NCBI GenBank assembly: GCA_947501605.1
Contig: CANMWZ010000004.1
Location: forward strand, 32,001-96,000
DNA: 64,000 bases
Origin: Planctomycetota bacterium
Lineage (GTDB): Bacteria; Planctomycetota; UBA1135; UBA2386
Direction of reading: 5' to 3'
Made by a program: the position numbers and the translations under genes. The notes beneath the pieces were generated by a model. The model had not been told where the DNA came from. It searched no databases and was given only the letters and a program-made list of their open reading frames with translations. Shown here piece by piece: positions 28,581-39,577 of this stretch (within the stretch, counting starts at the first letter, position 1; every line of letters starts with the position of its first letter).

Positions 28581-30110
28581 TCAGCGAACCAGCTTGCTGT
28601 AGCGGTAGTACGCCTCGAGCGTGAGGACGAGAGTTGCGGTCGAGTAGACGCGGCCGCCATCTTCGCCCCAGACGTCGATCGGGTCCCACGAGCCCTTGAA
28701 GTTGCCGTCGCTGCGCTGCGGCTTGACGATGGCATCGTTGAGCTTGGCGGACCAGTTCTTCCAGTACTCGCCGCCCATCTGGTACATCGCATAGGTCGCG
28801 TAGTACCAATAGTAGTAGTCGATGCTACCACTCTTGGTGTCGTAGACCGGCGGCCTCATCTTCAGCAGCTCCGCGGCCTGCTTCATGGTGGGCTTCTCCT
28901 TCGGGTCCTGGCCCATGAAGAAGCGGCAGAACAAGGACACCGCCGTCATCGCCTCGCCCTTCTCCGGCGGGAAGCGTGTCATGTGGTCGCCCACATGGCG
29001 CGAACTCGGCTCGCCGGCCTTGGTGTAGCCGGCGCGGCCGTTCGCATCGGTGACTTGGTCGAGCCAAGTCTCCGAGAGCTTGATCGCGCCATCGTTGACT
29101 TGCAGCTTGAAGTACTTGGCCGACTCGTAGGCCATGATGCACCAGCCGGTCACCGACGTGTCGTTGTCGTTGTCGCGCGGCTGGTAGCGCCAGACCGCGT
29201 ACGGGTTGCGGTGGTACTCGAGGTAGTTGATGCCCTGCTGCGCGTTCTTCTGCAGCAGCGTGTAGTTCGACAGGCCGTACGCCTCGCACATCGCGTAGGT
29301 CGCGATCGCGTGGCCGTAGAGGAAGTCGTTCGACGCGTTGGTGCCGAACAGGCCGTTGTCACCCTGCTGCTCGCGCAGCCACTTGATGCCGCCCTTGATG
29401 ACGTCCTTGTAGGGTCCCGCGCGCATCGTGCTGCCGTCGCCGAGGAATGCCAGCAGTGCAAGGCCGGTGACGCCGACGTCGTGCACGCCGTTGCCGAGAC
29501 CGTCGCATTGCTCGCCAGTCTCGTCGTGCTTGTTGAAGCCGTCGCAGTCCCACTTGCCGTCTTCGTCCTGGTGGTTCTTCAGCCACTCGAGGCCGTTCTC
29601 GATCGCCGCTGCACTCGCCTTGCCGCCGCCGCCCATGCCGCCGCGACCACCGCCGCGACCGCCGTACTTGCCACCGGCGCCACCGCCGAGGCCGACCGCC
29701 GCGTTCCACTGGTTGCTGTCGAAGGCCGACTCCTTGGATTGCGAGTCGTTGGTCGGATCAAAGGTCGGGTTGTCCGTCACTGCCTCCGTAACTTCCGAGT
29801 CCTGGATCACGACCTCGTCCTTCGTGACCTCCTTCTCTGGCTCCGGCGGCGGGGGCGGAGGCGGCTCCTCGATCTGCTTTTCTTCCTTCATCTGCATCTC
29901 GACCTTGATCTCCTCGACCGCCTTCGATTCGGCGGGCATGAGGACATAGCCGAGCAGCAGGACGACGACGTGCACCACGGCCGAGAGGATCAGCCACGGG
30001 GCATGGCGGATCTGCTCCGCCATCAGTTCCTGGAACGACGCCGGCTCCTGCTCCCAGATGGGGAGCACCTTTGAGTCGACGTGCAGTTTGGTTGGGTCGA
30101 TTTGAGCCAT
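28581..30110 (-). CDS. Membrane-anchored prenyltransferase/squalene-oxidase (terpene cyclase/mutase-like) repeat protein
   Basis: N-terminal TM (SAVVHVVVLLL), Pro/Glu and Gly-rich linker, repeated LxWLxxxQxxDGxW units, DTSVTGW, YYWYYATYAM, GGRVYSTA. Confidence 0.85.
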   Translation of the reverse strand: MAQIDPTKLHVDSKVLPIWEQEPASFQELMAEQIRHAPWLILSAVVHVVVLLLGYVLMPAESKAVEEIKVEMQMKEEKQIEEPPPPPPPEPEKEVTKDEVVIQDSEVTEAVTDNPTFDPTNDSQSKESAFDSNQWNAAVGLGGGAGGKYGGRGGGRGGMGGGGKASAAAIENGLEWLKNHQDEDGKWDCDGFNKHDETGEQCDGLGNGVHDVGVTGLALLAFLGDGSTMRAGPYKDVIKGGIKWLREQQGDNGLFGTNASNDFLYGHAIATYAMCEAYGLSNYTLLQKNAQQGINYLEYHRNPYAVWRYQPRDNDNDTSVTGWCIMAYESAKYFKLQVNDGAIKLSETWLDQVTDANGRAGYTKAGEPSSRHVGDHMTRFPPEKGEAMTAVSLFCRFFMGQDPKEKPTMKQAAELLKMRPPVYDTKSGSIDYYYWYYATYAMYQMGGEYWKNWSAKLNDAIVKPQRSDGNFKGSWDPIDVWGEDGGRVYSTATLVLTLEAYYRYSKLVR

Positions 30111-30309
30111 GGGACGATCGCTTTTGGGATGCTGGTAGAAGCCGGTAGGAAGAGAGCCGGTCGACGCATCCTGCCCGTGCAACGGCGCGGGCGGAGGGGG
30201 GGTTCAGCGGGTCGGAAAGTAGAGCAGTGACCCGCGGGGTCGGCAAGCGCGCCGTCGCTGTCGATGCACCCTCGGGCCTGCCCAATCGCCCTGGCGGTAG
30301 CCCGTCGCC

Positions 30310-31344
30310 TCAGCGGCCGCCCGGGGTCCGTAGATCTGCGGGCTGCCAGACCTGGGTGCGCTCCTTGGCTCGCTTCTTCGTCTGCTCGAGCAGACGTTCG
30401 ATCGTTCGCTGCTCCAGATACTCGCGGATCAGCCGCTGCACGTCTGGATCCTCGAACGTGTCCTTCTTGGCCGGCTGAAACTCGAGGACCTTCCAGAGCC
30501 TGACCCCGCTTTCGTCGACCACCAAGTCGGATACTCGGTCCTTCGGCCCGGCCATCGCGAAGTCCACCTGGTCCTGGCGCCGGGTCTTGCGCGAACTCTC
30601 GTCGATCAGCAGTACCTCGGGCGCCATTGCCCCGTCGGACTCGAATCGCTTCACCAGTTCCTCTGGGGTCAATGCTTCCTTGCTCCAGACCTCGGCGGCC
30701 ACTTTGGCCTTGGCCGCTGCGTCCTCGCCGACGAAGGCCACGCAGCCCAGTTGCGCTTGGCTCTGGCGCACGAACTCGCCGAGATTCTCACGATAGAACG
30801 TCCGCATCATCCGCGGCGTGATGAACAGGTTGCTCTGGTTGTTGAGCCGGGAGTTGACGGCCATCGCTCTGGTCAGGTCCGACATCTTGCTGACCCGCTG
30901 GTCGCGAACAAACGTCTCCCAGTTTCGGCCTTGGCGCGCCTGTTCTTCGGTCACGGCCTGCAGGGTGCCGAGCTTGCGGACCAACTCGCGTTCTTCTTCC
31001 AGCAACTGGTCCTGAAAGATCGACTCGACGCGCTCCGGCGGCAGGATGCCGAGTGTGATTGCCGCTTGCGCCAATGCGTGCTGGTCGATCTTGCTGCCCA
31101 GATTGCGCAAGAACAGCAGCCGGCGCTCGTTGGGCGGCAAGGGGCTACCGCGTTCGGCTTCGGCGACGCGGATCTGGCCAACTGTCAGCGCCAGCACTTC
31201 GCGTTGCAGCACCACCGCATCGTTGACGGTCGCAACCACGCGGTCGATGAGGACCGCGCCGGCCAGGGGATCCTGCTGTTGGGCGGCCGCGAACGGGGCG
31301 GCTAGGCAGAGCAGCAGTGGCGAGCGGGAGAACAGTCCGATCAT
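30310..31344 (-). CDS. SurA N-terminal-domain / foldase-like periplasmic chaperone
   Basis: Signal peptide, then IDRVVATVNDAVVLQREV; ITPRMMRTFYREN; degenerate parvulin region; overlaps the mfd stop. Confidence 0.65.
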   Translation of the reverse strand: MIGLFSRSPLLLCLAAPFAAAQQQDPLAGAVLIDRVVATVNDAVVLQREVLALTVGQIRVAEAERGSPLPPNERRLLFLRNLGSKIDQHALAQAAITLGILPPERVESIFQDQLLEEERELVRKLGTLQAVTEEQARQGRNWETFVRDQRVSKMSDLTRAMAVNSRLNNQSNLFITPRMMRTFYRENLGEFVRQSQAQLGCVAFVGEDAAAKAKVAAEVWSKEALTPEELVKRFESDGAMAPEVLLIDESSRKTRRQDQVDFAMAGPKDRVSDLVVDESGVRLWKVLEFQPAKKDTFEDPDVQRLIREYLEQRTIERLLEQTKKRAKERTQVWQPADLRTPGGR

Positions 31345-34300
31345 CGGCGGCGCATCTTCTGGGCCGGCGCGCGCCCGGACAAGGCATCGAGCAGGAACTC
31401 GAGGACATCCTCGCCGCGACGCTTCTTGCCTCGCGGCGCCGGCAGCATGAGGTGTGTTCGGCCCGCCTCGACCGGGCGCACATCGGTGAAGCAATCGAGC
31501 CAACTGCCGCCAAGCGGCACCCCGGGTGGATGGCGCACGACGATGCGGTCGTCCTCGACCCACTGGATCGACGACAGGCCGAGGCCCTGCAACGCGTGCT
31601 TGAGGCGGAAGGTCGCCAGCAGATTCTGCACCGGTGCGGGCAGGGCGCCGAAGCGGTCGCGCAGCTCTTGCTGCAGCTTTTGGAGGTGTTCGTCGTCGAC
31701 GGCCGCGTCCATCTCGCGCAGCAACTCGAGGCGGCCGCGCGGATCAGCCAGGAACTTGTCGGGGAGGTAGGCGCGGAGTCGCAAGTCGACGTCGACCTCG
31801 ATGACCGCGTGCGCGGTCTTGCGCTGGTCCTTGTGGGCTTGCACTGCCTGCTGCAGAAGTTGGCAGTACATGTCGTAGCCGACGGCGGCGATGTGGCCCG
31901 ATTGCTGTGGTCCGAGCAGGTTGCCAGCACCGCGGATCTCGAGGTCTTTCATCGCGATCGCGAAGCCGGCGCCGAGCTGCGACAGCTCTTCGAGTGCCTT
32001 CAGTCGCTTCTTCGCCACGTCGGTCGGCGGCGCGTCGTGGTCGAGCATCAGGAAGCACCATGCCTTCTTGTCGCTGCGCCCGACCCGGCCGCGCAACTGG
32101 TGCAACTCGCCCAATCCGAACTGGTCCGCGCGGTCGATCAGAATCGTGTTGGCGCGCGGCAGGTCGAGGCCGTTTTCGACGATGGTGGTGGAGACCAGGA
32201 TGTCGAACTCGCCGCGCACGAAGGCCCGCACGGTCCGCTCCACTTCTTCCTCGTCCATCTGGCCATGGCCGATGGCGACGCGTGCCTGCGGAACGAGTTG
32301 GCGCAAGCGCGTCGCGATGACCTGCAGGTCGGCGATCTTGTTGTGCAGATAGAACACCTGGCCGCCGCGGCCCAGTTCGCGCTGCAGCGCTTCCTGCAGC
32401 AGATGGTCGTCGCGGAACACGACGCGCGTCTCGACATCCTGTCGGCCCGGTGGCGGTGTCGTGAGCGTGCTGATCGCACGGATCCCGAGCAGCGAACTGT
32501 GCAGTGTGCGTGGAATCGGTGTCGCCGACAGCGTCAGCACGTCTACGTCGGTACGCAGTTGCTTCAGCCGCTCCTTCTGGCGCACACCAAAACGCTGCTC
32601 TTCGTCGACCACGATGAGCGCGAGGTCCTTCCACTCCACCTTGCTACCAAGGATCTGGTGCGTGCCGACCACGATGTCGACTTGGCCGCGCAGCATGCGG
32701 TCGTGGACTTCGTCGCGCTCTTTCTTGGTGCGGTAGCGCGACAGGAGCTCGACTTCGATGCCAAACGGTCTGCAGCGATCGGAGAACGTGTGCCAGTGCT
32801 GCTCGGCGAGGATCGTGGTCGGCACCAGCACCGCAACCTGACGGCCGTGCATGGCCACTCGGAACACTGCGCGCAACGCGACCTCGGTCTTGCCGAAGCC
32901 GACGTCGCCGCACAGCAGGCGGTCCATCGGCATCGGCTTCTCGAGGTCGGTGCGAATCTCCTGCCACGCAGTCGCTTGGTCCGCCGTGTCGCGGAAGGGA
33001 AAGGCGTCCTGGAAGTCGCGCTCGGTCGCGTCCGGCTGGTGTGCTGGACGTAGAACACGCGCGCGGGCTGCTTGCACTTCGAGCAGGTCCGCCGCCATAT
33101 CGAACAGGGCTTCCTGAACCTGCTCTTTGCGGCGCTGGAAGCCCTTGCCCCCGAGTTTGTCGAGCGCGATGCCACTGTGCGAGCCAACGTACTTCTGGAC
33201 GAGGTGGATCTTGCTGGCCGGAACCAGCAGGGTCACTTCGTCGTGGAAGCTGAGCCGGAGATGGTCCTCGGCGCCCTCGCCACGTTCCACCAACTCCATG
33301 CCGAGGAAGCGGGCAATGCCGTGCACTGCGTGCACGACGTAATCGCCGGGACCAAGCTCGAAGAAGCTCTGGATCGCGCGGCTCGGCACTGCGGTGCGTT
33401 CGCGAACCCGAGCTTGGTGCGGCACCCCGGCAAACTCGACATTCGACAGGACGGTGCACGACAACTCGGGAACGCGGAAGCCGCGGCTGATGGTCCCGAG
33501 CTGGACCGTGACTTGTTCCTGTGCGAGGTCGATCTGCTTGTGCGCGAAGATCTCCAATTGGCGTTGCCGTTCGGAGTCAGTGCGGCACAGGAGCAGCACG
33601 CGTCCTTGCAGGCCGCGCACGGAACGCAAGCGCCCGATCGGATCCGCTTCCCCAGAACCGACCGCGCTTCCCGCCGACAGGATCTTGAGGTCCAAGTCGT
33701 GACTGGGCAGCGCCGACAGCGATAGCTGCGCGCAGGTCCGAAGACTGTCGTTGAGCGCGTTCAGGCCGCGACCAAAGCCGCTGTCGAAGCTGGCCAACAG
33801 CGAGGTCCGCTGTTCGATCCGCAGCGGCTCGTAGAACACGACCAGCAGATTCTGCTGCTCGAGATGCGACAGCACCGTCGCATCGTCGACGAGATCGGCC
33901 ACGCCGCCGAGTTGCAGTTCGACGCGGTCCAGGACCTCGACGGTGCGTTGGGTCGCTGGGTCGAACGTGCGGATCGACTCCACGGTGCGATCGAAGAACT
34001 CCAAGCGCACGGCCGCATCGGCGCCGAGCGGAAACACGTCGAGCACATCGCCGCGAACGCTGACTTCGCCCGGCGCCAACACCAGCGGGACGGCGCGCAA
34101 ACCCGCTGCGGCGGCCAGTTGCAGCAGCGAGTCCCGTTGCAGCTCCTGTGCCTTCTGCAAGACGATGCGACCCTGCTGCAGCGCTTTGCGAGCAGGGGCC
34201 TTCTGCAACAGCGCCTCGATCGAGCCGAGCATCGTCGAGCGCGGTCGCGCTGCCGCCGAAAGTGCCTTGTGGCGTTCGCTCCGCGTCTGTGCGTCCGGCA

Positions 34301-34586
34301 GGCCTTGGTCGTCAGTTTCCTGGCGCGGCAGCACCGCGGCTTCGACGCGAAAGCAGGCGAGGTCAGCCTGCAGCTGCAAGCTGTCCACGTCATCAGCGGT
34401 TGCGATCAGCACGCGGCCGGTGTGGCCTTTCAGGGCGGTGGCGAGCAGTAGGGCCGCGCTGCCGCCCCAGAGGCCGCCGACCTTGCGCTGACTGCACAAC
34501 TCGATTGCGTCATGCACACGGCGCACGGTTGGCAACGCACGGAACTCGGCGATCAGCCGATCGATCGGGTCGACCATCGATTCCAC
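31341..34586 (-). CDS. mfd: Transcription-repair coupling factor
   Basis: GDYVVHAVHGIARF, MDRLLCGDVGFGKTEVA, VDEEQRFGV, SATPIPRTL, QLRGRVGRS, DLEIRGAGNLLG. Confidence 0.97.
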   Translation of the reverse strand: MESMVDPIDRLIAEFRALPTVRRVHDAIELCSQRKVGGLWGGSAALLLATALKGHTGRVLIATADDVDSLQLQADLACFRVEAAVLPRQETDDQGLPDAQTRSERHKALSAAARPRSTMLGSIEALLQKAPARKALQQGRIVLQKAQELQRDSLLQLAAAAGLRAVPLVLAPGEVSVRGDVLDVFPLGADAAVRLEFFDRTVESIRTFDPATQRTVEVLDRVELQLGGVADLVDDATVLSHLEQQNLLVVFYEPLRIEQRTSLLASFDSGFGRGLNALNDSLRTCAQLSLSALPSHDLDLKILSAGSAVGSGEADPIGRLRSVRGLQGRVLLLCRTDSERQRQLEIFAHKQIDLAQEQVTVQLGTISRGFRVPELSCTVLSNVEFAGVPHQARVRERTAVPSRAIQSFFELGPGDYVVHAVHGIARFLGMELVERGEGAEDHLRLSFHDEVTLLVPASKIHLVQKYVGSHSGIALDKLGGKGFQRRKEQVQEALFDMAADLLEVQAARARVLRPAHQPDATERDFQDAFPFRDTADQATAWQEIRTDLEKPMPMDRLLCGDVGFGKTEVALRAVFRVAMHGRQVAVLVPTTILAEQHWHTFSDRCRPFGIEVELLSRYRTKKERDEVHDRMLRGQVDIVVGTHQILGSKVEWKDLALIVVDEEQRFGVRQKERLKQLRTDVDVLTLSATPIPRTLHSSLLGIRAISTLTTPPPGRQDVETRVVFRDDHLLQEALQRELGRGGQVFYLHNKIADLQVIATRLRQLVPQARVAIGHGQMDEEEVERTVRAFVRGEFDILVSTTIVENGLDLPRANTILIDRADQFGLGELHQLRGRVGRSDKKAWCFLMLDHDAPPTDVAKKRLKALEELSQLGAGFAIAMKDLEIRGAGNLLGPQQSGHIAAVGYDMYCQLLQQAVQAHKDQRKTAHAVIEVDVDLRLRAYLPDKFLADPRGRLELLREMDAAVDDEHLQKLQQELRDRFGALPAPVQNLLATFRLKHALQGLGLSSIQWVEDDRIVVRHPPGVPLGGSWLDCFTDVRPVEAGRTHLMLPAPRGKKRRGEDVLEFLLDALSGRAPAQKMRRR

Positions 34587-34595
34587 GTCCGCGGA

Positions 34596-35378
34596 TCAGG
34601 CCTCGGCGGCGCTGTCGTCATTGCGCAGCTTGTGCAACAGGCGTGCAGCTGCGGCCTTCTCGGCCGATCGCTTGTTGGGGCCGATGCCCTCGGCAGAGCG
34701 ATCGTCTGGCACGCGCGCGACAACTTTGAACTGCTGCTCGTGCTGAAGTCCGGTCGTCGCGACGAGGTCGTAGCGCGGCTGGCCCAGCTGGTGCCGTTGG
34801 CAATGGTGCAACAACGCCGTCTTGCTGTCGAGAGTGTCGCTGCCGATGGGGGCTTTCGCTTCGAGGTTGCTGAGGATGTGACGCCGGACGAAGCTGCGCG
34901 CGGCGCGCACGCCGCCGTCGAGGTAGATCGCGCCGAGTACGGCCTCGACGAGATCGGCAAGGATGCGTTCGCCGTCGCGTTCGCTGGCACGCAGCCCTTT
35001 GCCGACCATCAGGTGGTTGCCCAGGTCGAGCTTGCGGGCTACGGCCGCGAGTGGCTTGCGGCTGACGAAGTGCGAACGCGTCTCGGTCAGCTCGCCTTCG
35101 GGGATCTCCGGCTCCTGTTGGAACAGTGCATCGGCGACGGCGAAGTTGAGGAAGGCGTCGCCCAGGAACTCCATGCGCTCGTAGTTGCGCTTGCCTTCAT
35201 TGCCGGTCGAGGCGTGCGTCAACGCGCGGTCAAGGTGGTCCAGCTCCGTGAACTCGTGTCCGAGTTCCTTCGCCAGCGCACGCAGCAAACGGCGGCGGGC
35301 ATCCTTCGGCGCTGAAGTGCGGTCGGGCATGGGCAGGTCGGGGGCGGAACCGTAGTCGGAGGTGGCCGATCTGGCCAC
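34596..35378 (-). CDS. rnc: Ribonuclease III
   Basis: ALTHAS, YERMEFLGDA, ADLVEAVLGAIYLDGG, C-terminal dsRBD (KRSAEKAAA). Start is either GTG 35378 or ATG 35330. Confidence 0.95.
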   Translation of the reverse strand: MARSATSDYGSAPDLPMPDRTSAPKDARRRLLRALAKELGHEFTELDHLDRALTHASTGNEGKRNYERMEFLGDAFLNFAVADALFQQEPEIPEGELTETRSHFVSRKPLAAVARKLDLGNHLMVGKGLRASERDGERILADLVEAVLGAIYLDGGVRAARSFVRRHILSNLEAKAPIGSDTLDSKTALLHHCQRHQLGQPRYDLVATTGLQHEQQFKVVARVPDDRSAEGIGPNKRSAEKAAAARLLHKLRNDDSAAEA

Positions 35379-35456
35379 CTCCCCTCAGTGCTTTGCCGCC
35401 CCTGGAAGGGCTCCACCGTGCCGAAACCGAAGGTCCCCGGTTCCTGGCAGACGGGC

Positions 35457-37289
<1,833 letters not shown>

Positions 37290-37473
37290 GAAGTGCGCTC
37301 GTAGCAGCCGGCGGTAGGGTTCGGCCGACAAAAAGGGTGAAGGATTGTCGCCGGAGCGCTCGGCTCGTCAACGGGGGTCTGGAGCCAAGAACATCAATCC
37401 TCGCCGAACTGGGCCGGCAAGGCGTGGGATGGCCTCCGTTCGCGAGTGGCGAATCCGCCCCAGATCTCGGATC

Positions 37474-37746
37474 TCAGCCCGCGATCAGGGTCCAGAGCCC
37501 AATCGCGACGAAGCCGAGGCCGGCAATCCACTTGAGCGTCTCCGGTCCGATCACGGCAGTGATGGCCTGCCCGGCAAGCACGCCGATGGCGGTCGAGACG
37601 ACCAGCGCCGCGGCGGCGCCGAGGAAAACGTGCAGCTTGGCGCCGTCGTGCTTGGCGGCAAAGAGCATGGTCGAGAGCTGCGTCTTGTCGCCGAGTTCGG
37701 CGACGAAAACGGAGGCGAAGACGGTTCCGAGCAGTTTCCAGTCCAT
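37474..37746 (-). CDS. TMEM165/GDT1 (UPF0016) single-domain Mn/Ca transporter-family protein
   Basis: FVAELGDKTQL motif in a 90-aa, 3-TM protein. Confidence 0.92.
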   Translation of the reverse strand: MDWKLLGTVFASVFVAELGDKTQLSTMLFAAKHDGAKLHVFLGAAAALVVSTAIGVLAGQAITAVIGPETLKWIAGLGFVAIGLWTLIAG

Positions 37747-37773
37747 GGTGGGCAGGCTACCCGTGGAGGTCGA

Positions 37774-38352
37774 TCAGGGTACGCAGAGGCCGAACCTTCG
37801 CAGTGCTGCCGCCAGCTTCAGCAACGGTAGGCCCGTGATCGCGGTGTGGTCCTCGCCCTGCACGCGATCGAATAGCGCGATGCCGGCGCGTTCGAACTTG
37901 TAGCTACCGGCGCAATCGAGTGGTTGGTCGTGGTCGACGTAGCGGCCGATCTCGGCGTCGCTGAGTTTGCGCATGCGCAGGGTCGTGACCTCCACGAACT
38001 CCTCGACTTCCTTGCCGAACTGTACCGCCACTGCAGTGATCAGCAGGTGTTCGTTCCCTTGCAGCGATTGCAGTTGTTGTTTGGCCGCGGCGGCGGAGCC
38101 CGGCTTGCCGAGGATCTGTTCGCCCAACGCGGCCACCTGGTCGCAGCCGATGACGATGTCCTTGCCGTGCTTCTTGCCGACGTCAGCGGCCTTTGCCAGT
38201 GCGAGGCCGCGGGCCAGCGCGATGGGGCTTGGCTCGGCTGCACGGGCCGCGTTCTCGTCGACCTGCGGTGCGATGCACGTGAATGCGACGCCCAGACGTT
38301 CGAGGAGTTCCTTGCGGTAGGGCGAGGTGCTCGCCAGCACGAGTGCAACCAT
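37774..38352 (-). CDS. Maf family nucleoside triphosphate pyrophosphatase (YceF-like)
   Basis: LVLASTSPYRKELL, GCDQV, LGKP, CAGSYKFE, GLPL. Confidence 0.92.
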   Translation of the reverse strand: MVALVLASTSPYRKELLERLGVAFTCIAPQVDENAARAAEPSPIALARGLALAKAADVGKKHGKDIVIGCDQVAALGEQILGKPGSAAAAKQQLQSLQGNEHLLITAVAVQFGKEVEEFVEVTTLRMRKLSDAEIGRYVDHDQPLDCAGSYKFERAGIALFDRVQGEDHTAITGLPLLKLAAALRRFGLCVP

Positions 38353-38425
38353 GTCGGCAGGATGGCGAAAGAAGTCGGTGGCTGCAAGGTTGGCTCGACT
38401 CGCCCTGAACTCCAAGCTACCGGAC

Positions 38426-39514
38426 ATGAACCTGACCTACGCGTTCTACCTCGCCCTCGTCGCCGTGCTCTGCTCGGCCTGTGGCGGCGGCGACAAGAGT
38501 GCCTCGTCGTCGACGTCGCTGCAGAACGCCGCACCCACACCGGCACAGACCCAGACGCCGGCGGCCGCGCCCGCTCCCACAGTCAAGAAGCCCAAGGTCT
38601 CCCCGAAGCTCGACATGGCCTTGATCAAGGGCTACTTCGGCAGCGAGCCGTCGGCGCCGAAGGTCGACACCAAAAGCACGGTGGAGCAGGTCGCGCTCGG
38701 CAAGATGCTCTACCACGACGCCTCGTTGTCCAAGAACGGCAACGTCAGCTGCGCGTCGTGCCATGACCTTGCCGACTATGGTCAGGACGGCAGGCAGACA
38801 TCACCCGGGAGTGACGGCAAGAACGGCGAACGCAACTCGCCGACGACGCTGAACGCGTTCCGTCAGATCGCCCAGTTCCGGGATGGCCGTGCCGACACCG
38901 TCGAAGCGCAGGCGATCCTGCAGGTGCTCAACCCGAGCGAGCACGGGATCACTGACGACGCCGAGTTGCTGCAGAAGATCGGCGCCAAGCAAGAGCTCGT
39001 GGCAGCCTTTGGGCAAGCGTTCCCCGGCGAGGGCTCGGTCAGCATCGACAACTTCAAGAACGCGATCGGCGCGTTCGAGCGCACCCTGGTCACCCGATCA
39101 CCCTTCGACGACTTCCTCGACGGCAGCGCCAACGCACTCACGACCGAACAGAAGATCGGTCTCAAGCTGTTCATCGACGTCGGCTGCACGCAGTGCCACA
39201 CGTCGCGGCTCGTCGGCGGCAACCTCTACCAGAAGCTCGGCTTGTTGCGCCCCTACCCGACCGAGGACACCGGGCGTATGCGGGTCACGAAGAGTGAGGC
39301 CGACAAGTACCTGTTCAAGGTGCCGAGCCTCCTGAATGTCGCCGAGACGGCTCCGTACTACCACGACGGCAAGATGGCGACGCTGGCAGAGGCGGTGAAG
39401 AACATGGCTGCCATCCAGCTCAACAAGGACCTGTCCGCCGATGAGGTTCTGGTCATGGTCGCCTTCCTGAAGTCGCTGACCGGAACGGTGCCGGCAGAAG
39501 CGCTGAAGAAGTGA
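38426..39514 (+). CDS. Di-heme cytochrome c peroxidase (bCcP/MauG) family lipoprotein with atypical active-site residues
   Basis: Lipobox-like LCSA-C; two CxxCH (CASCH, CTQCH), RNSPT, FKVPSLLNV, APYYHDG. Confidence 0.88.
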   Translation: MNLTYAFYLALVAVLCSACGGGDKSASSSTSLQNAAPTPAQTQTPAAAPAPTVKKPKVSPKLDMALIKGYFGSEPSAPKVDTKSTVEQVALGKMLYHDASLSKNGNVSCASCHDLADYGQDGRQTSPGSDGKNGERNSPTTLNAFRQIAQFRDGRADTVEAQAILQVLNPSEHGITDDAELLQKIGAKQELVAAFGQAFPGEGSVSIDNFKNAIGAFERTLVTRSPFDDFLDGSANALTTEQKIGLKLFIDVGCTQCHTSRLVGGNLYQKLGLLRPYPTEDTGRMRVTKSEADKYLFKVPSLLNVAETAPYYHDGKMATLAEAVKNMAAIQLNKDLSADEVLVMVAFLKSLTGTVPAEALKK

Positions 39515-39577
39515 GTGGTCAAGGCGCGCGAGAGTCATCGAGTGGCGCGGTGCTGAAGGCCAGGGCACACTGAGCGG

